Assembly (NCBI GenBank): GCA_043732485.1
Contig: JAYTHP010000182.1
Location: forward strand, 1-27,125
Direction of reading: 5' to 3'
Source of the DNA: Oligoflexia bacterium
GTDB lineage: Bacteria; Bdellovibrionota; UBA1018
DNA length: 27,125 bases
Position numbers and translations under genes: made by a program
Shown: positions 17,139-26,246 of the stretch, one piece after another
Layout: every line of letters starts with the position of its first letter
Position numbering within the stretch: the first letter of the stretch is position 1
Notes under the pieces: generated by a model
The model's database searches: none
What the model was told of the DNA's origin: nothing
What the model saw: the letters and a program-made list of their open reading frames with translations, nothing else

Positions 17139-18080
17139 ATGGGGAAGTTTAACTTTTTACAGCACTGGACCGGTTTGGGTTTTCTCAATCGTTCGCGCTT
17201 TCTGGGCTTAGGCCACAGGGTTCGTCATGACTCTGGCAGTCAGGACCACTCCTGTCAGCAACCCCGACAGCCCAAGCGCAAGAGTAGCGGCTTTGATGGC
17301 CGCCTGCTGCCACTTTATCGCCAGCGCCTTACGCCCTTGCTCGTAGGCGGACTTCTCGCCAGTTGCGCGGGGGCTGAGGTCAGCAAAAAAGAATACACCG
17401 CCTCTGAAAAAGCCATCATGCTGCTGAAAATTGCTAACGGCGCTTTGCTGGAAGGCGACCCCACTGGCGCGCTAGAAAACGCGATTGCAGCCGAGCGCTT
17501 TGACTCGAGCCTCGCTGAGATTTACCACACCAAGAGCTTGGCTTTTTTTGCTAAACGGGACCTAGAATCCGCCATTCACGAAGTGCAACATGCCCTGGAG
17601 TTAAGACCCCAGTTTTCAGAAGCCAGCAATACCTTAGGCAAACTGCTTGTGGATGCCGGTCGCTGGCAAGCGGCAGTCGCTCCGCTCACGCTTGCCGCCA
17701 AAGACCCGCTGTTTCGCGATGCCTATAAAGCGTATACCAATTTAGGGATTCTTAAGTTCAAACAGCGGCAGTTCATGGAAGCTGAGACTTACTTTAATCA
17801 AGCTATCAATGCCTCCTCCCAGCGCAGTTGTGTTGCCCGCTATTACCGCGGGCAATTAGCAGCGCAAGACTCGCGGATGCGCGAGGCGATTAGCGACTTT
17901 TTGAAAGCCACGCAAAAAAACTGCTCCAAATTTGCCGACGCCCACTTAGCCTTAGGTCAGTCGTATCAAAAGACCAAACAGTACGACTTAGCTCGAAAAA
18001 CCTTCTTAGAAATGCAAAGCCTCTATCCCAACTCGACGTGGGCGGAGCAAGCCTTGAATGATTTGAAGCTTTTACCTTGA
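17139..18080 (+). CDS. TPR lipoprotein, PilW/PilF/Tgl-like (type IV pilus secretin assembly)
   Basis: Lipobox LLASC (Cys codon at 17364), several TPR-like helices (SEASNTLG, AYTNLG, AHLALG), located upstream of rodZ. Start uncertain. Confidence 0.8.
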   Translation: MGKFNFLQHWTGLGFLNRSRFLGLGHRVRHDSGSQDHSCQQPRQPKRKSSGFDGRLLPLYRQRLTPLLVGGLLASCAGAEVSKKEYTASEKAIMLLKIANGALLEGDPTGALENAIAAERFDSSLAEIYHTKSLAFFAKRDLESAIHEVQHALELRPQFSEASNTLGKLLVDAGRWQAAVAPLTLAAKDPLFRDAYKAYTNLGILKFKQRQFMEAETYFNQAINASSQRSCVARYYRGQLAAQDSRMREAISDFLKATQKNCSKFADAHLALGQSYQKTKQYDLARKTFLEMQSLYPNSTWAEQALNDLKLLP

Positions 18081-18187
18081 GGTGACCGAAAACGGAAGGG
18101 AGCACGCTGAGAGGGTGAAGAGCGGTCCGCAAAAAGCGCTCCAGTCAGCGCAAGCATGACTCAAAAACGACTTTAAAAAAGGATAAA

Positions 18188-19477
18188 ATGTCAGCAGACC
18201 ACGAAATAAATTTAGGAGAATTCCTGCGACAAGAGCGGGAAAAACGCAATATCAGCATCGAGCAAGTGGCCTCTGCCACCAAGGTCGGTGCAAAAATCTT
18301 GCACGCCCTAGAAAACGACCATTTTTTTGAGCTGCCTGCAAAGCCCTTTATCCGTGGTTTTGTCACCTCTTACTGCCGCTTTTTAGGCCTAGACGCCAAG
18401 GAGATTTTGAGTCGTTACCGCAAATTCATTGACTTAAAATCAGCCGAGCGCCCCAACCGCGAATCCGGCCACAGTGGCTATGCCTTTGAAAAAAAAGAAG
18501 GCCTCAATCAAAGCCGCATGCTGCTGGCTTTCATGATGGTCAGCTTCATTTGTTTGGGAACCTTTGCCATTTTACTTTTTAAGCCCCAGCGCTCCTCCCG
18601 CTCACTCTCAAACCTCGAGCGCTTGCGCTCGCAAGTGCAGGCAAGTGCTGACTTAAACGGCGCAAGCGTGGCTAATGGCAGTAACCTGCTGCCAAGCGCT
18701 GGGGTCAAATTCGGACCCGTAGAAAGCCCAAGCCCGCAGCCCAGTAACGCTCGTAACAGCCAGCTGACGGAAACGGCCCAAGGCAAGTTACCCAAAAACG
18801 CCTTAAAAGACCAGGTAACTGACTCGCAAAAAATCGTCACAAGTCCTACGGTAGCCGCTTCACCGGTCGCGGTTGTGGGCTCGTTGCCCAATCGCTTGAC
18901 CGCTTCCTTACCACCGACGACGACGACGACGACGCCGCCGCCGCCCTCGAGCACCCCAGCGCCAGAACAAAGCAGTGGCGCAAGGTCGCTGCTGCCGGCT
19001 GTCAGCGTCAGTGACAGTTCCAGCGACAGTCCCAACGACTCGTCGCTTGCCACCGCCGTGGGCGCCAACCCCTTGGATCCACTGGATTCCGGGCGCGACT
19101 TGAAGGGACAAAAGATCCAACACAAGGTGAAATTTCAGGTCAACGCTGACGTCTGGGTGCGCTTTCAAATCGACCAGCGTCCTTTAAGAAAATTTGTGAT
19201 CCGCAAACCCAATACCTTGACCTTACGGGCGATGCAAACCCTGCAATTTCAAGTCTCCAACTCTAAAGCTGTCACCTTTAGTTACAACGATCAGCCTTAT
19301 CAGCCGATGTCGTCTGCTGCGAAAAACTGGGTTTCCGGGCAACCCGATGCCACCTTGCATTTTGCCGAAAAAAACGGTCCTCGCTCTGTCTTGCTCTTCA
19401 CGGATCGCCCCCGTCTACCGGCAACACCTGACCCGGAAAATAGCCCTTCACCGAGCGTCAAAGACCCATCGGAATAA
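18188..19477 (+). CDS. rodZ: RodZ-like HTH membrane protein
   Basis: LGEFLRQEREKRNISIEQVASATK..LE..F..LP..FIRGFVTSYCRFLGLD, single TM helix, Ser/Pro/Thr linker, DUF4115-like C-terminus (VWVRFQID..SNSKAV). Confidence 0.85.
   Translation: MSADHEINLGEFLRQEREKRNISIEQVASATKVGAKILHALENDHFFELPAKPFIRGFVTSYCRFLGLDAKEILSRYRKFIDLKSAERPNRESGHSGYAFEKKEGLNQSRMLLAFMMVSFICLGTFAILLFKPQRSSRSLSNLERLRSQVQASADLNGASVANGSNLLPSAGVKFGPVESPSPQPSNARNSQLTETAQGKLPKNALKDQVTDSQKIVTSPTVAASPVAVVGSLPNRLTASLPPTTTTTTPPPPSSTPAPEQSSGARSLLPAVSVSDSSSDSPNDSSLATAVGANPLDPLDSGRDLKGQKIQHKVKFQVNADVWVRFQIDQRPLRKFVIRKPNTLTLRAMQTLQFQVSNSKAVTFSYNDQPYQPMSSAAKNWVSGQPDATLHFAEKNGPRSVLLFTDRPRLPATPDPENSPSPSVKDPSE
18917..18943 (+). repeat. coding microsatellite (ACG)6(CCG)3
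   Basis: Read directly; encodes TTTTTTPPP in the RodZ linker. Confidence 0.9.
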
Positions 19478-19480
19478 AAG

Positions 19481-19589
19481 TTATCCACACCAAAGTGCCA
19501 AGTTATCCACAATTTGTAAGATCTTGAAATGATTAAGTTATTTTAGCTATTTGCCCTTCTTTTGCCAAAAAGAGAAAAAGTTATCCACA
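19481..19589 (+). promoter_or_regulatory. cluster of three perfect DnaA boxes
   Basis: TTATCCACA at 19481-19489, 19503-19511 and 19581-19589, all in the same orientation and each preceded by AAG; AT-rich intervening DNA. Confidence 0.85.
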
Positions 19590-19732
19590 CTCGAATTTCA
19601 ATTCTTTCAAGTGGGATCTCTTTTGACAAAAACGAGGGAATTCATGCAAAAAAAGGCGCCAGCAATGAGTGTCACTGCAACTTAAAAATTACTGATTCAT
19701 GCCATGAAGTGCTCCCCGCCCATTGGAAGAAG

Positions 19733-20890
19733 CTACCAGATCGCCCGGCGAATGCCAAGTATCCCTAACAGGGTCATGACAAAATTTGGCAGCTGGAGAA
19801 TCAAAAAAGCGGGCACTTTACCCTGTTCAGCCAGGGTCACTGCGAACGCTTGCACCAGCCAGTAGCAGAAGATCAGCAAAAACCCGATCATGATCGAGTC
19901 GGCACGTCCCACTCGTGCCCGTTGGGTGCCAAACCCGATGCCCACGAAGACAAAGAGTAGGGGACTTAAGGCCAAGGTGATGCGCTTCCAGAACTCGGCG
20001 GTCAATTCCGAATGCTCCGACGAGCCCACCACGGCAGCGGCAATCCGGCGTTTGAGTTCGGAAAAAGCAATCATTTGCGGTTTTTGGAAAGCGACGTGCC
20101 CGGCTCCGGCCACCTTGAGGTAAAGATTATAGGTCTTAAAGTTGACCCGCTCATAGGTCTGTTCTTCCGGGTGATTTTGATGCATGCTACCCCGGTGCAG
20201 CCGCAGTAAAATAGCCGCCCCGCCCTCTTCCGATTGCACCGGGATAATGTCGGCTTCTTGCGCCAGATAAGTGAGAGGATTTTTCTTCTCCCGCTCATCG
20301 TAGATAAACACCCGGCGCAAGCGATTCTCAGCCGGGTCGGATTCGTCGGCAAATAGCAGCAAATTAAAAAAACCGCGGGTAAAGGTGCCCCCCTGCACGG
20401 CGCTCACCACTTTGGCGTTCCGAATCATCATTTCATGGCGCTTGGCGGTCACCGTTGCCCATGGCACCCAAGAGAGGTTAATAAAAAGACTGATCACCGT
20501 CACGCCCGTGGCCAGCAATCCAACCGGATAGACGATCCGCAAAAAACTGACCCCTCCGGCTTTCATCGCCACGAGCTCACTTTCAGCAGAAAGTCTGCCA
20601 AACGTCATTAAAACTGCCAGTAAAAAGGCGAGCGGCAGGGTAATCGGCAAAAAAGAAATCAGCATAAAAGCGGTCATCTTCAGGAGCAAAACGCCTGAAG
20701 CCTTCTGGACGATGAAATACTCAGCCAGCCGCAAACACTGGAACATCAGCAAAATGAAGAGAATAAAAAGGGTGGTGCCGCCAAACAGCAGCAAGACTTC
20801 TTGAAACAAGTAGGAATCAAGCTTGCGCCACAAGCTGGTGAAGGAGGAAAAGCGGCGCTGAGGCTCTGGAGCAAGGGGGTTAGTAAGCAT
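19733..20890 (-). CDS. lptF: LPS export ABC transporter permease, LptF/LptG family (LptF-like)
   Basis: LDSYLFQE, LPITLPLAFLLAVLMTFGRLSAESELVAMKAGGVS; 3+3 TM layout around a periplasmic domain; LPN in the last helix. Confidence 0.88.
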   Translation of the reverse strand: MLTNPLAPEPQRRFSSFTSLWRKLDSYLFQEVLLLFGGTTLFILFILLMFQCLRLAEYFIVQKASGVLLLKMTAFMLISFLPITLPLAFLLAVLMTFGRLSAESELVAMKAGGVSFLRIVYPVGLLATGVTVISLFINLSWVPWATVTAKRHEMMIRNAKVVSAVQGGTFTRGFFNLLLFADESDPAENRLRRVFIYDEREKKNPLTYLAQEADIIPVQSEEGGAAILLRLHRGSMHQNHPEEQTYERVNFKTYNLYLKVAGAGHVAFQKPQMIAFSELKRRIAAAVVGSSEHSELTAEFWKRITLALSPLLFVFVGIGFGTQRARVGRADSIMIGFLLIFCYWLVQAFAVTLAEQGKVPAFLILQLPNFVMTLLGILGIRRAIW

Positions 20891-22313
20891 TTTTATGAAT
20901 GAAGCCGCGCCAGACGGTCAGTAGCATAATTTTCAGATCCAAGCCGTAAGACCAGTTACGGATATAAAACAAATCGCACTCAATCCGGCGATCCAGCGAA
21001 GTGTTACCGCGCCAGCCATGCACTTGCGCCCAGCCGGTGATGCCAGCTTTGACCTTGTGACGCAGCATATAGTGCGGGATTTCTTGCCGAAATTTCGCGA
21101 CAAACAAAGGACGCTCAGGCCGAGGCCCGACAATCGCCATGTCCCCCCTTAAAACATTCCAAAACTGCGGCAACTCATCCAAGCTCGTGCCACGCAACAA
21201 GGCGCCCAGGCGAGTACGCCGCTGATCGTTGGGTTGCGCCCACACAGCCCCGCCTTGCTGCTCGGCGTCGACTGCCATCGAACGAAACTTAATCATCTGA
21301 AAGTTTTTACCATCCAGCCCCATCCGCTCCTGGGTGTAAAACACCGGCCCAGGCGAAGTCCACTTGATCAAAACCGCAATCAAGACAAACAGCGGCGCCA
21401 GCACGACCAGCACGATCAAGACCAAGAGCACATCCATCAGCCGCTTATTGATCGCCCCCCAACCAGCTAGCGGCGAATCGTGGAGGTGAACCACCGGTAA
21501 GCCCTCAAAATCCTCAATCTTACACCCCAACGTGACGTAATCTAAAATATCAGGGATCAACTGGATATCCAGCGTTTGCTCAGCCACCCCACTTAAAATC
21601 CCCTCTAGCTGGGGCGATTGGCTGCGCGAGAGCGCAATAAACAGCTGATCCGGCTGGTATTGCTTCAAGAGAACAGCAATCCGACTAAAATCACCGAGAA
21701 TCGGCGGGTGTGCGGTCCTCCCGGTCAGGTGATCTGCGACTCGGGCTCCGCCCAGCACCTGACTGGGGTCTTCCACAATCAGCCCCAGCATGCGCAAGCC
21801 TAGTTCCGGAAATTCCTCAATCCGCCGCACCAAAGTCGCCATGGCCCGGCCATCACCAATGCCAATCACATGCCTGAGGTTGTGCCCCCGGGCTCGCACC
21901 GTTTTCAAAAAACTGCGCAAGAAAAACCTAAACCCCAACAAACTGACGCCACTTACTGCACCAAAATAAAGCATCACCCCGCGCGAGTACTTGTATTCTG
22001 AGAACAAATAGGTCAGGGCAATGAACAGTAACAGGGCCGCCCCGTGCGCCTTCAGCAGCAGCCAAGCCTCAGCCAGCGGACTTAACATCCGCCGCGAATG
22101 ATACACCCGCATGCTGCTAAACACCACCATCCACAACGCCACCACCAGCGGAGTTAAGGCGGCATATTTCCGGAAACTGGGGAAACCGCGCGTGACTTGT
22201 ATGAGCGGCAAGGTAAAGCGCAGATAATAGGCCAACCCCCAAGCCAGAGCAACCGTTCCGGCATCAGTTAAGCGAAAAATTCCACCGACAATATTTTGAT
22301 AGCGCTTCAACAT
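20880..22313 (-). CDS. undecaprenyl-phosphate glucose phosphotransferase (WcaJ-like)
   Basis: KRLMD, SPGPVFYTQERMG, KFRSM, SLDELPQFWNVLRGDMAIVGPRPER, GITGWAQV, DLFYIRNWS. Confidence 0.93.
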   Translation of the reverse strand: MLKRYQNIVGGIFRLTDAGTVALAWGLAYYLRFTLPLIQVTRGFPSFRKYAALTPLVVALWMVVFSSMRVYHSRRMLSPLAEAWLLLKAHGAALLLFIALTYLFSEYKYSRGVMLYFGAVSGVSLLGFRFFLRSFLKTVRARGHNLRHVIGIGDGRAMATLVRRIEEFPELGLRMLGLIVEDPSQVLGGARVADHLTGRTAHPPILGDFSRIAVLLKQYQPDQLFIALSRSQSPQLEGILSGVAEQTLDIQLIPDILDYVTLGCKIEDFEGLPVVHLHDSPLAGWGAINKRLMDVLLVLIVLVVLAPLFVLIAVLIKWTSPGPVFYTQERMGLDGKNFQMIKFRSMAVDAEQQGGAVWAQPNDQRRTRLGALLRGTSLDELPQFWNVLRGDMAIVGPRPERPLFVAKFRQEIPHYMLRHKVKAGITGWAQVHGWRGNTSLDRRIECDLFYIRNWSYGLDLKIMLLTVWRGFIHKNAY

Positions 22314-22376
22314 TTTGTGATCCTATGCTAAGCCTGAGGAAAAGAGAAAAAAGGCTCTCTTAGAAACCTAAAACTT

Positions 22377-24146
22377 ATGACTCAAATCCCTCAATTACAC
22401 GTTCTCCCGCTTTCCCGCTTCACTGCCAAAACCCACTTGAAACTGAAGGCCAAAAAAACCACGGCCTCCAAGTCCTCGGACTCAGCGAGCCCAGGCGGCA
22501 AAGATCGCTCCCCTGACACCCACCCTGACACCCACGTCCTTGCGGTGTTTGAAGCGGAGGCAACAGCAGGCGGTGGCAGCAGCAGTAGTAAAAAAAATGC
22601 AAGCCCGGCGCTCACCTTGACCGCCACCAGCGCACTGCCACTGGTTCCGCTGTTTCACGCCCGGCTGCAACAATTGCAGCAAGCCGGGGTTTTTAAAGGA
22701 GCGGCTTCCTCCTCCCAATTTATCCGCTTTGCCGTGCCAGATTCCATGGAAAACTTTCTTTTCTTGGGTCTAGGCCAGGCTGCGCCGCGCAACCGCGAGC
22801 AATCGGCGCTGCTCAGCCACTCCTTGATCCTGGAGCGGCTGCGCGTGGCGGGTGCTCAGGCGTGGCATCAGCTGGTGCAAAGCCAAGCGACCCACCCTGC
22901 GCTGTGGCTAGAGACGCTAGAGCCCCACACTGCCACCAACATCCCTCACCCGAGTGAACAGAGTCTCACGCTTTTAGAGCGGATTCGAGCTTTTTTAGAA
23001 GGTTTTTTACTGACTGCGGCAGAGGCCCCGGCCTTTTTCAAAAAAACGCCAGGCAACCCTCCTGCGACTCCTGCCATTAAGCCCAAACCGCGGCACTTAA
23101 GCTTAGTCAGTGAGTCGCTGGAAGTGCAAAAAGCCTTACCGCGCTTGATCTTGGAGCTTGAGGCCATGGCCGAAGCGGTGCAACTCACCCGCTCCTGGTC
23201 CAACTTACCTTCCAACGTCGGCACCCCGAGTTTTTATGCGCTGGAGGCTAAAAAACTGGCCGCTAAAGAGGGCTGGAAGTGCCGGATTTTATCTGAGGCC
23301 GAGGCGAGAAAAGAAAAAATGGGGCTATTTCTGGGGGTGGGGCAAGGCTCAAGCCAGGAAAGTCAGTTTGTGGTTTTAGAGTACACGCCTCCAGTGGCCG
23401 CCGGGCCACGCAAGCCCAAGACCTTGGCGCTCGTCGGCAAAGGAGTGACCTTTGACAGTGGCGGCATTTCGCTGAAGCCTGGGCTGCGCATGGAGGAAAT
23501 GAAGCACGACATGACGGGGGCTGCAACCGTGGTGGGAGCATTGCTCTTGGCGTCTCGCTTAAAAGTCAAAAACCGGGTGGTGGCGCTGTTACCGTTCGTG
23601 GAGAACATGCCTGACGGTGAAGCGATTCAGCCGGGCAATGTTTTGACCTCACGCAGTGGGAAGACGGTGGAGATCTATAACACCGATGCGGAGGGTCGAC
23701 TGATTCTGGCTGACGCCTTGGACTTTGCGCACACCTACAAGCCTGATGTCATTGTTGATTTAGCCACCCTGACGGGGGCGGTGTCGGTGGCGTTAGGCAA
23801 ACTGCGCGCCGCACTGTTTGCCAACTCGCCGCAGCTGACGGAGCAGTTGCTTGCTATTAGTGAGCGCACGGGTGAGCGTTTATGGTCGTTACCGATGGAT
23901 GAGGATTACGTAGATGATCTGTTAACGGATCAGGCGGATTTAAGGAATGTGGCGAACGACGGCTTAGGCGGCACGATTCGCGCTGCGGTGTTTTTGCGGC
24001 AATTCATTCGCGTAGGCGTGAGCTGGGCACATTTGGATATTGCAGGAACTGGCTACCAGGTCAGCCATTTGCCGTATTGTCCGAAAAAGGGCGCTTCTGG
24101 ACTTTTTGTGCGGACGATGGCCCGCTTAGCCGCGGAACTGGAGTAA
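22377..24146 (+). CDS. pepA: M17 leucyl aminopeptidase
   Basis: VGKGVTFDSGGISLK, MKHDMTGAA, NTDAEGRLILADAL, DLATLTGA, WAHLDIAG. Confidence 0.95.
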   Translation: MTQIPQLHVLPLSRFTAKTHLKLKAKKTTASKSSDSASPGGKDRSPDTHPDTHVLAVFEAEATAGGGSSSSKKNASPALTLTATSALPLVPLFHARLQQLQQAGVFKGAASSSQFIRFAVPDSMENFLFLGLGQAAPRNREQSALLSHSLILERLRVAGAQAWHQLVQSQATHPALWLETLEPHTATNIPHPSEQSLTLLERIRAFLEGFLLTAAEAPAFFKKTPGNPPATPAIKPKPRHLSLVSESLEVQKALPRLILELEAMAEAVQLTRSWSNLPSNVGTPSFYALEAKKLAAKEGWKCRILSEAEARKEKMGLFLGVGQGSSQESQFVVLEYTPPVAAGPRKPKTLALVGKGVTFDSGGISLKPGLRMEEMKHDMTGAATVVGALLLASRLKVKNRVVALLPFVENMPDGEAIQPGNVLTSRSGKTVEIYNTDAEGRLILADALDFAHTYKPDVIVDLATLTGAVSVALGKLRAALFANSPQLTEQLLAISERTGERLWSLPMDEDYVDDLLTDQADLRNVANDGLGGTIRAAVFLRQFIRVGVSWAHLDIAGTGYQVSHLPYCPKKGASGLFVRTMARLAAELE

Positions 24147-24275
24147 TGCGCCTCATCCACTTGCAGTGAAGCTGTGCGGTTTAGGCGCGTTTTTTTTCTT
24201 TTTCTTTCAAGCCTCTTGAGCCAGCACTTTGATCGAGCCGCTTGATTCAGCCCCCCTGACGTCTGGAGTTTTCTC

Positions 24276-25637
24276 ATGAATACACCCTCTGCCCCCCAGT
24301 ACCGATTGCCTCGTTTTTACATTGAGCAAGCCGCCCAAAACCCTGACGCTTTTGACCAGCAAACGGTGCGGGTGAAGGGCTGGGTTTATCAAAAGCGCAG
24401 TTCTGGCAAAATTAAGTTTCTCGTTCTGCGCGATGGTTCCCAAAACTTGCAAGCGGTCTTGATCCAGGGGGTCTGTGAGGCTGCAGCCTTGGAGGCCTTT
24501 GAAGCGGTCACCCAAGAGTCGGCAGTCGAAGTGGTTGGGGTTTTGAAAAAGGAACCCCGCTCCAGTCTTGGGGTGGAGCTAACGGTAGCGTCCTTGCAAA
24601 TCCTCAGTCTAGCGGAGAGTTATCCGATCTCGCCTAAAGAGCACGGGGTGGAGTTTTTAATGAACCACCGCCACCTCTGGCTACGTTCGCAGCGGCAGTG
24701 GGCGGCGTTGCGCGTGAGAGCGGCGATCATTGAAACGGCTCAGCGCTTCTTCAATCAGCTGGGCTTTATTCGCTTTGATGCCCCGATTCTCACTCCCAGT
24801 GCTTGCGAGGGCACCTCAACACTCTTTTCTACCCCTTATTTTGAGGAGACGGCGTATCTCACGCAATCGGGGCAGTTGTACGGCGAAGTAGGGGCGATGG
24901 CCTTCGGGAAGGTCTACGTGTTTGGTCCCACCTTCCGCGCTGAGAAATCCAAGACTAGAAAACACCTGACTGAGTTTTGGATGCTCGAGCCTGAGGTGGC
25001 CTTTGCGGACCTCTTTGAGACGATGGATCTGGGCGAAGCGCTCGTGCAGTTTGTGGTGCGTGAGATTCTTGAACACTGCGGTCAGGAATTAGCCGTTTTA
25101 CAGGCCAAAGTGAGCGACTTACAAAAAATTGCTCAGCCCTTTCCCCGCGTGAGCTACGACGAGGCGCTGCGGGTACTCGAAAAACAGGGCATGCCGTTGA
25201 ACTGGGGGGAGGATTTTGGGGCGCCGCATGAAAGTGCGCTAGGGGAACACTTTCAGCAGCCGGTGTTTGTGCATCACATGCCAGCGCAAATCAAGGCTTT
25301 TTACTTCAAGCAAGTCGACACGCTAGGCGGTGTGGCCACGACCAACGTCCTGGGTAAGTACGCCCTCGGCTGTGATTTGATTGCTCCGCACGGCTACGGC
25401 GAGATCATTGGCGGCGGGCAGCGAGAAGAAAGTGCCACGGTCTTAGAGCAACGACTGACGGCCCATGGCTTGCAGCACGCTGATTACCAGTGGTATCTTG
25501 ATTTGCGACGCTATGGCTCGGTCCCGCACGCAGGGTTTGGCTTAGGACTCGAGCGCTTAGTGGCCTGGATCACGGGCGTGGAGCACGTGCGAGAAACCAT
25601 TCCGTTTCCAAGACTGATCAACACGCTGCGACCTTAA
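24276..25637 (+). CDS. asnS: asparagine--tRNA ligase
   Basis: VKGWV..KRSSGKIKFLVLRDG, YLTQSGQLY, GPTFRAEKSKTRKHLTEFWMLEPE, GEIIGGGQRE, WYLDLRRYGSVPHAGFGLGLER. Confidence 0.97.
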   Translation: MNTPSAPQYRLPRFYIEQAAQNPDAFDQQTVRVKGWVYQKRSSGKIKFLVLRDGSQNLQAVLIQGVCEAAALEAFEAVTQESAVEVVGVLKKEPRSSLGVELTVASLQILSLAESYPISPKEHGVEFLMNHRHLWLRSQRQWAALRVRAAIIETAQRFFNQLGFIRFDAPILTPSACEGTSTLFSTPYFEETAYLTQSGQLYGEVGAMAFGKVYVFGPTFRAEKSKTRKHLTEFWMLEPEVAFADLFETMDLGEALVQFVVREILEHCGQELAVLQAKVSDLQKIAQPFPRVSYDEALRVLEKQGMPLNWGEDFGAPHESALGEHFQQPVFVHHMPAQIKAFYFKQVDTLGGVATTNVLGKYALGCDLIAPHGYGEIIGGGQREESATVLEQRLTAHGLQHADYQWYLDLRRYGSVPHAGFGLGLERLVAWITGVEHVRETIPFPRLINTLRP

Positions 25638-25696
25638 GGCACCAAAAAGCACAGGTCCGCTCTTGAACAAACTCCTCTTGCCTCCTATATTTTTTT

Positions 25697-26191
25697 ATGC
25701 CTTACTCATTGAATGTCGTTTTAGTTGAGCCTGAAATTCCCCAAAACACCGGATCCATCGGCAGGTTGTGCTTAGCCACGCAAACCACCTTGCATTTGAT
25801 TGAGCCGCTGGGCTTTGAAATCACTCACTCTAGACTCAAGCGGGCGGGACTGGACTACTGGGAGCATCTGCAAGTCCAAATCCATCCCGGTTTGCCTGAG
25901 TTTTTAGCTCAGCTCCCGCCTGCGGCGCAAAAGGTGTTTTTCTCGAAAAAAGCCAGCCGCTCCCTCTTTCAAACTAAGCTTGAGGCGGGCAGCTATCTTT
26001 TTTTTGGCAAAGAAACCAAAGGCTTACCAGAAGACCTGTTAGCGCGCTATCCAGAAAGCCTTGCGTTGATTCCGATGTTTGACCCGCGGGTGCGCTCACT
26101 GAATTTAGCCAATAGCGTGAGTATTGCGGTTTACGAAGCCATTCGCCAAAACAGCGCTGTAAACGACGCGCCGACAGCCTCCGCACCGTAA
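25697..26191 (+). CDS. trmL: tRNA (cytidine(34)-2'-O)-methyltransferase
   Basis: VLVEPEIPQNTGSIGR, LHLIEPLGF, KRAGLDYW, FGKETKGL, RSLNLANSVSIAVYEAIRQ. Confidence 0.96.
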   Translation: MPYSLNVVLVEPEIPQNTGSIGRLCLATQTTLHLIEPLGFEITHSRLKRAGLDYWEHLQVQIHPGLPEFLAQLPPAAQKVFFSKKASRSLFQTKLEAGSYLFFGKETKGLPEDLLARYPESLALIPMFDPRVRSLNLANSVSIAVYEAIRQNSAVNDAPTASAP

Positions 26192-26246
26192 GCCCTTTTT
26201 GAGACGGGGCGCGGCGCAACTCACCTCTCACTTTGAAGGGAAAAAA

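Noticed and set aside
18508..19125. 205 aa minus-strand ORF
   Set aside because: Antisense shadow of the low-complexity RodZ linker.
19562..19768. 68 aa ORF across the DnaA-box gap
   Set aside because: TTG start, no RBS or motif; overlaps a DnaA box and the lptF end.
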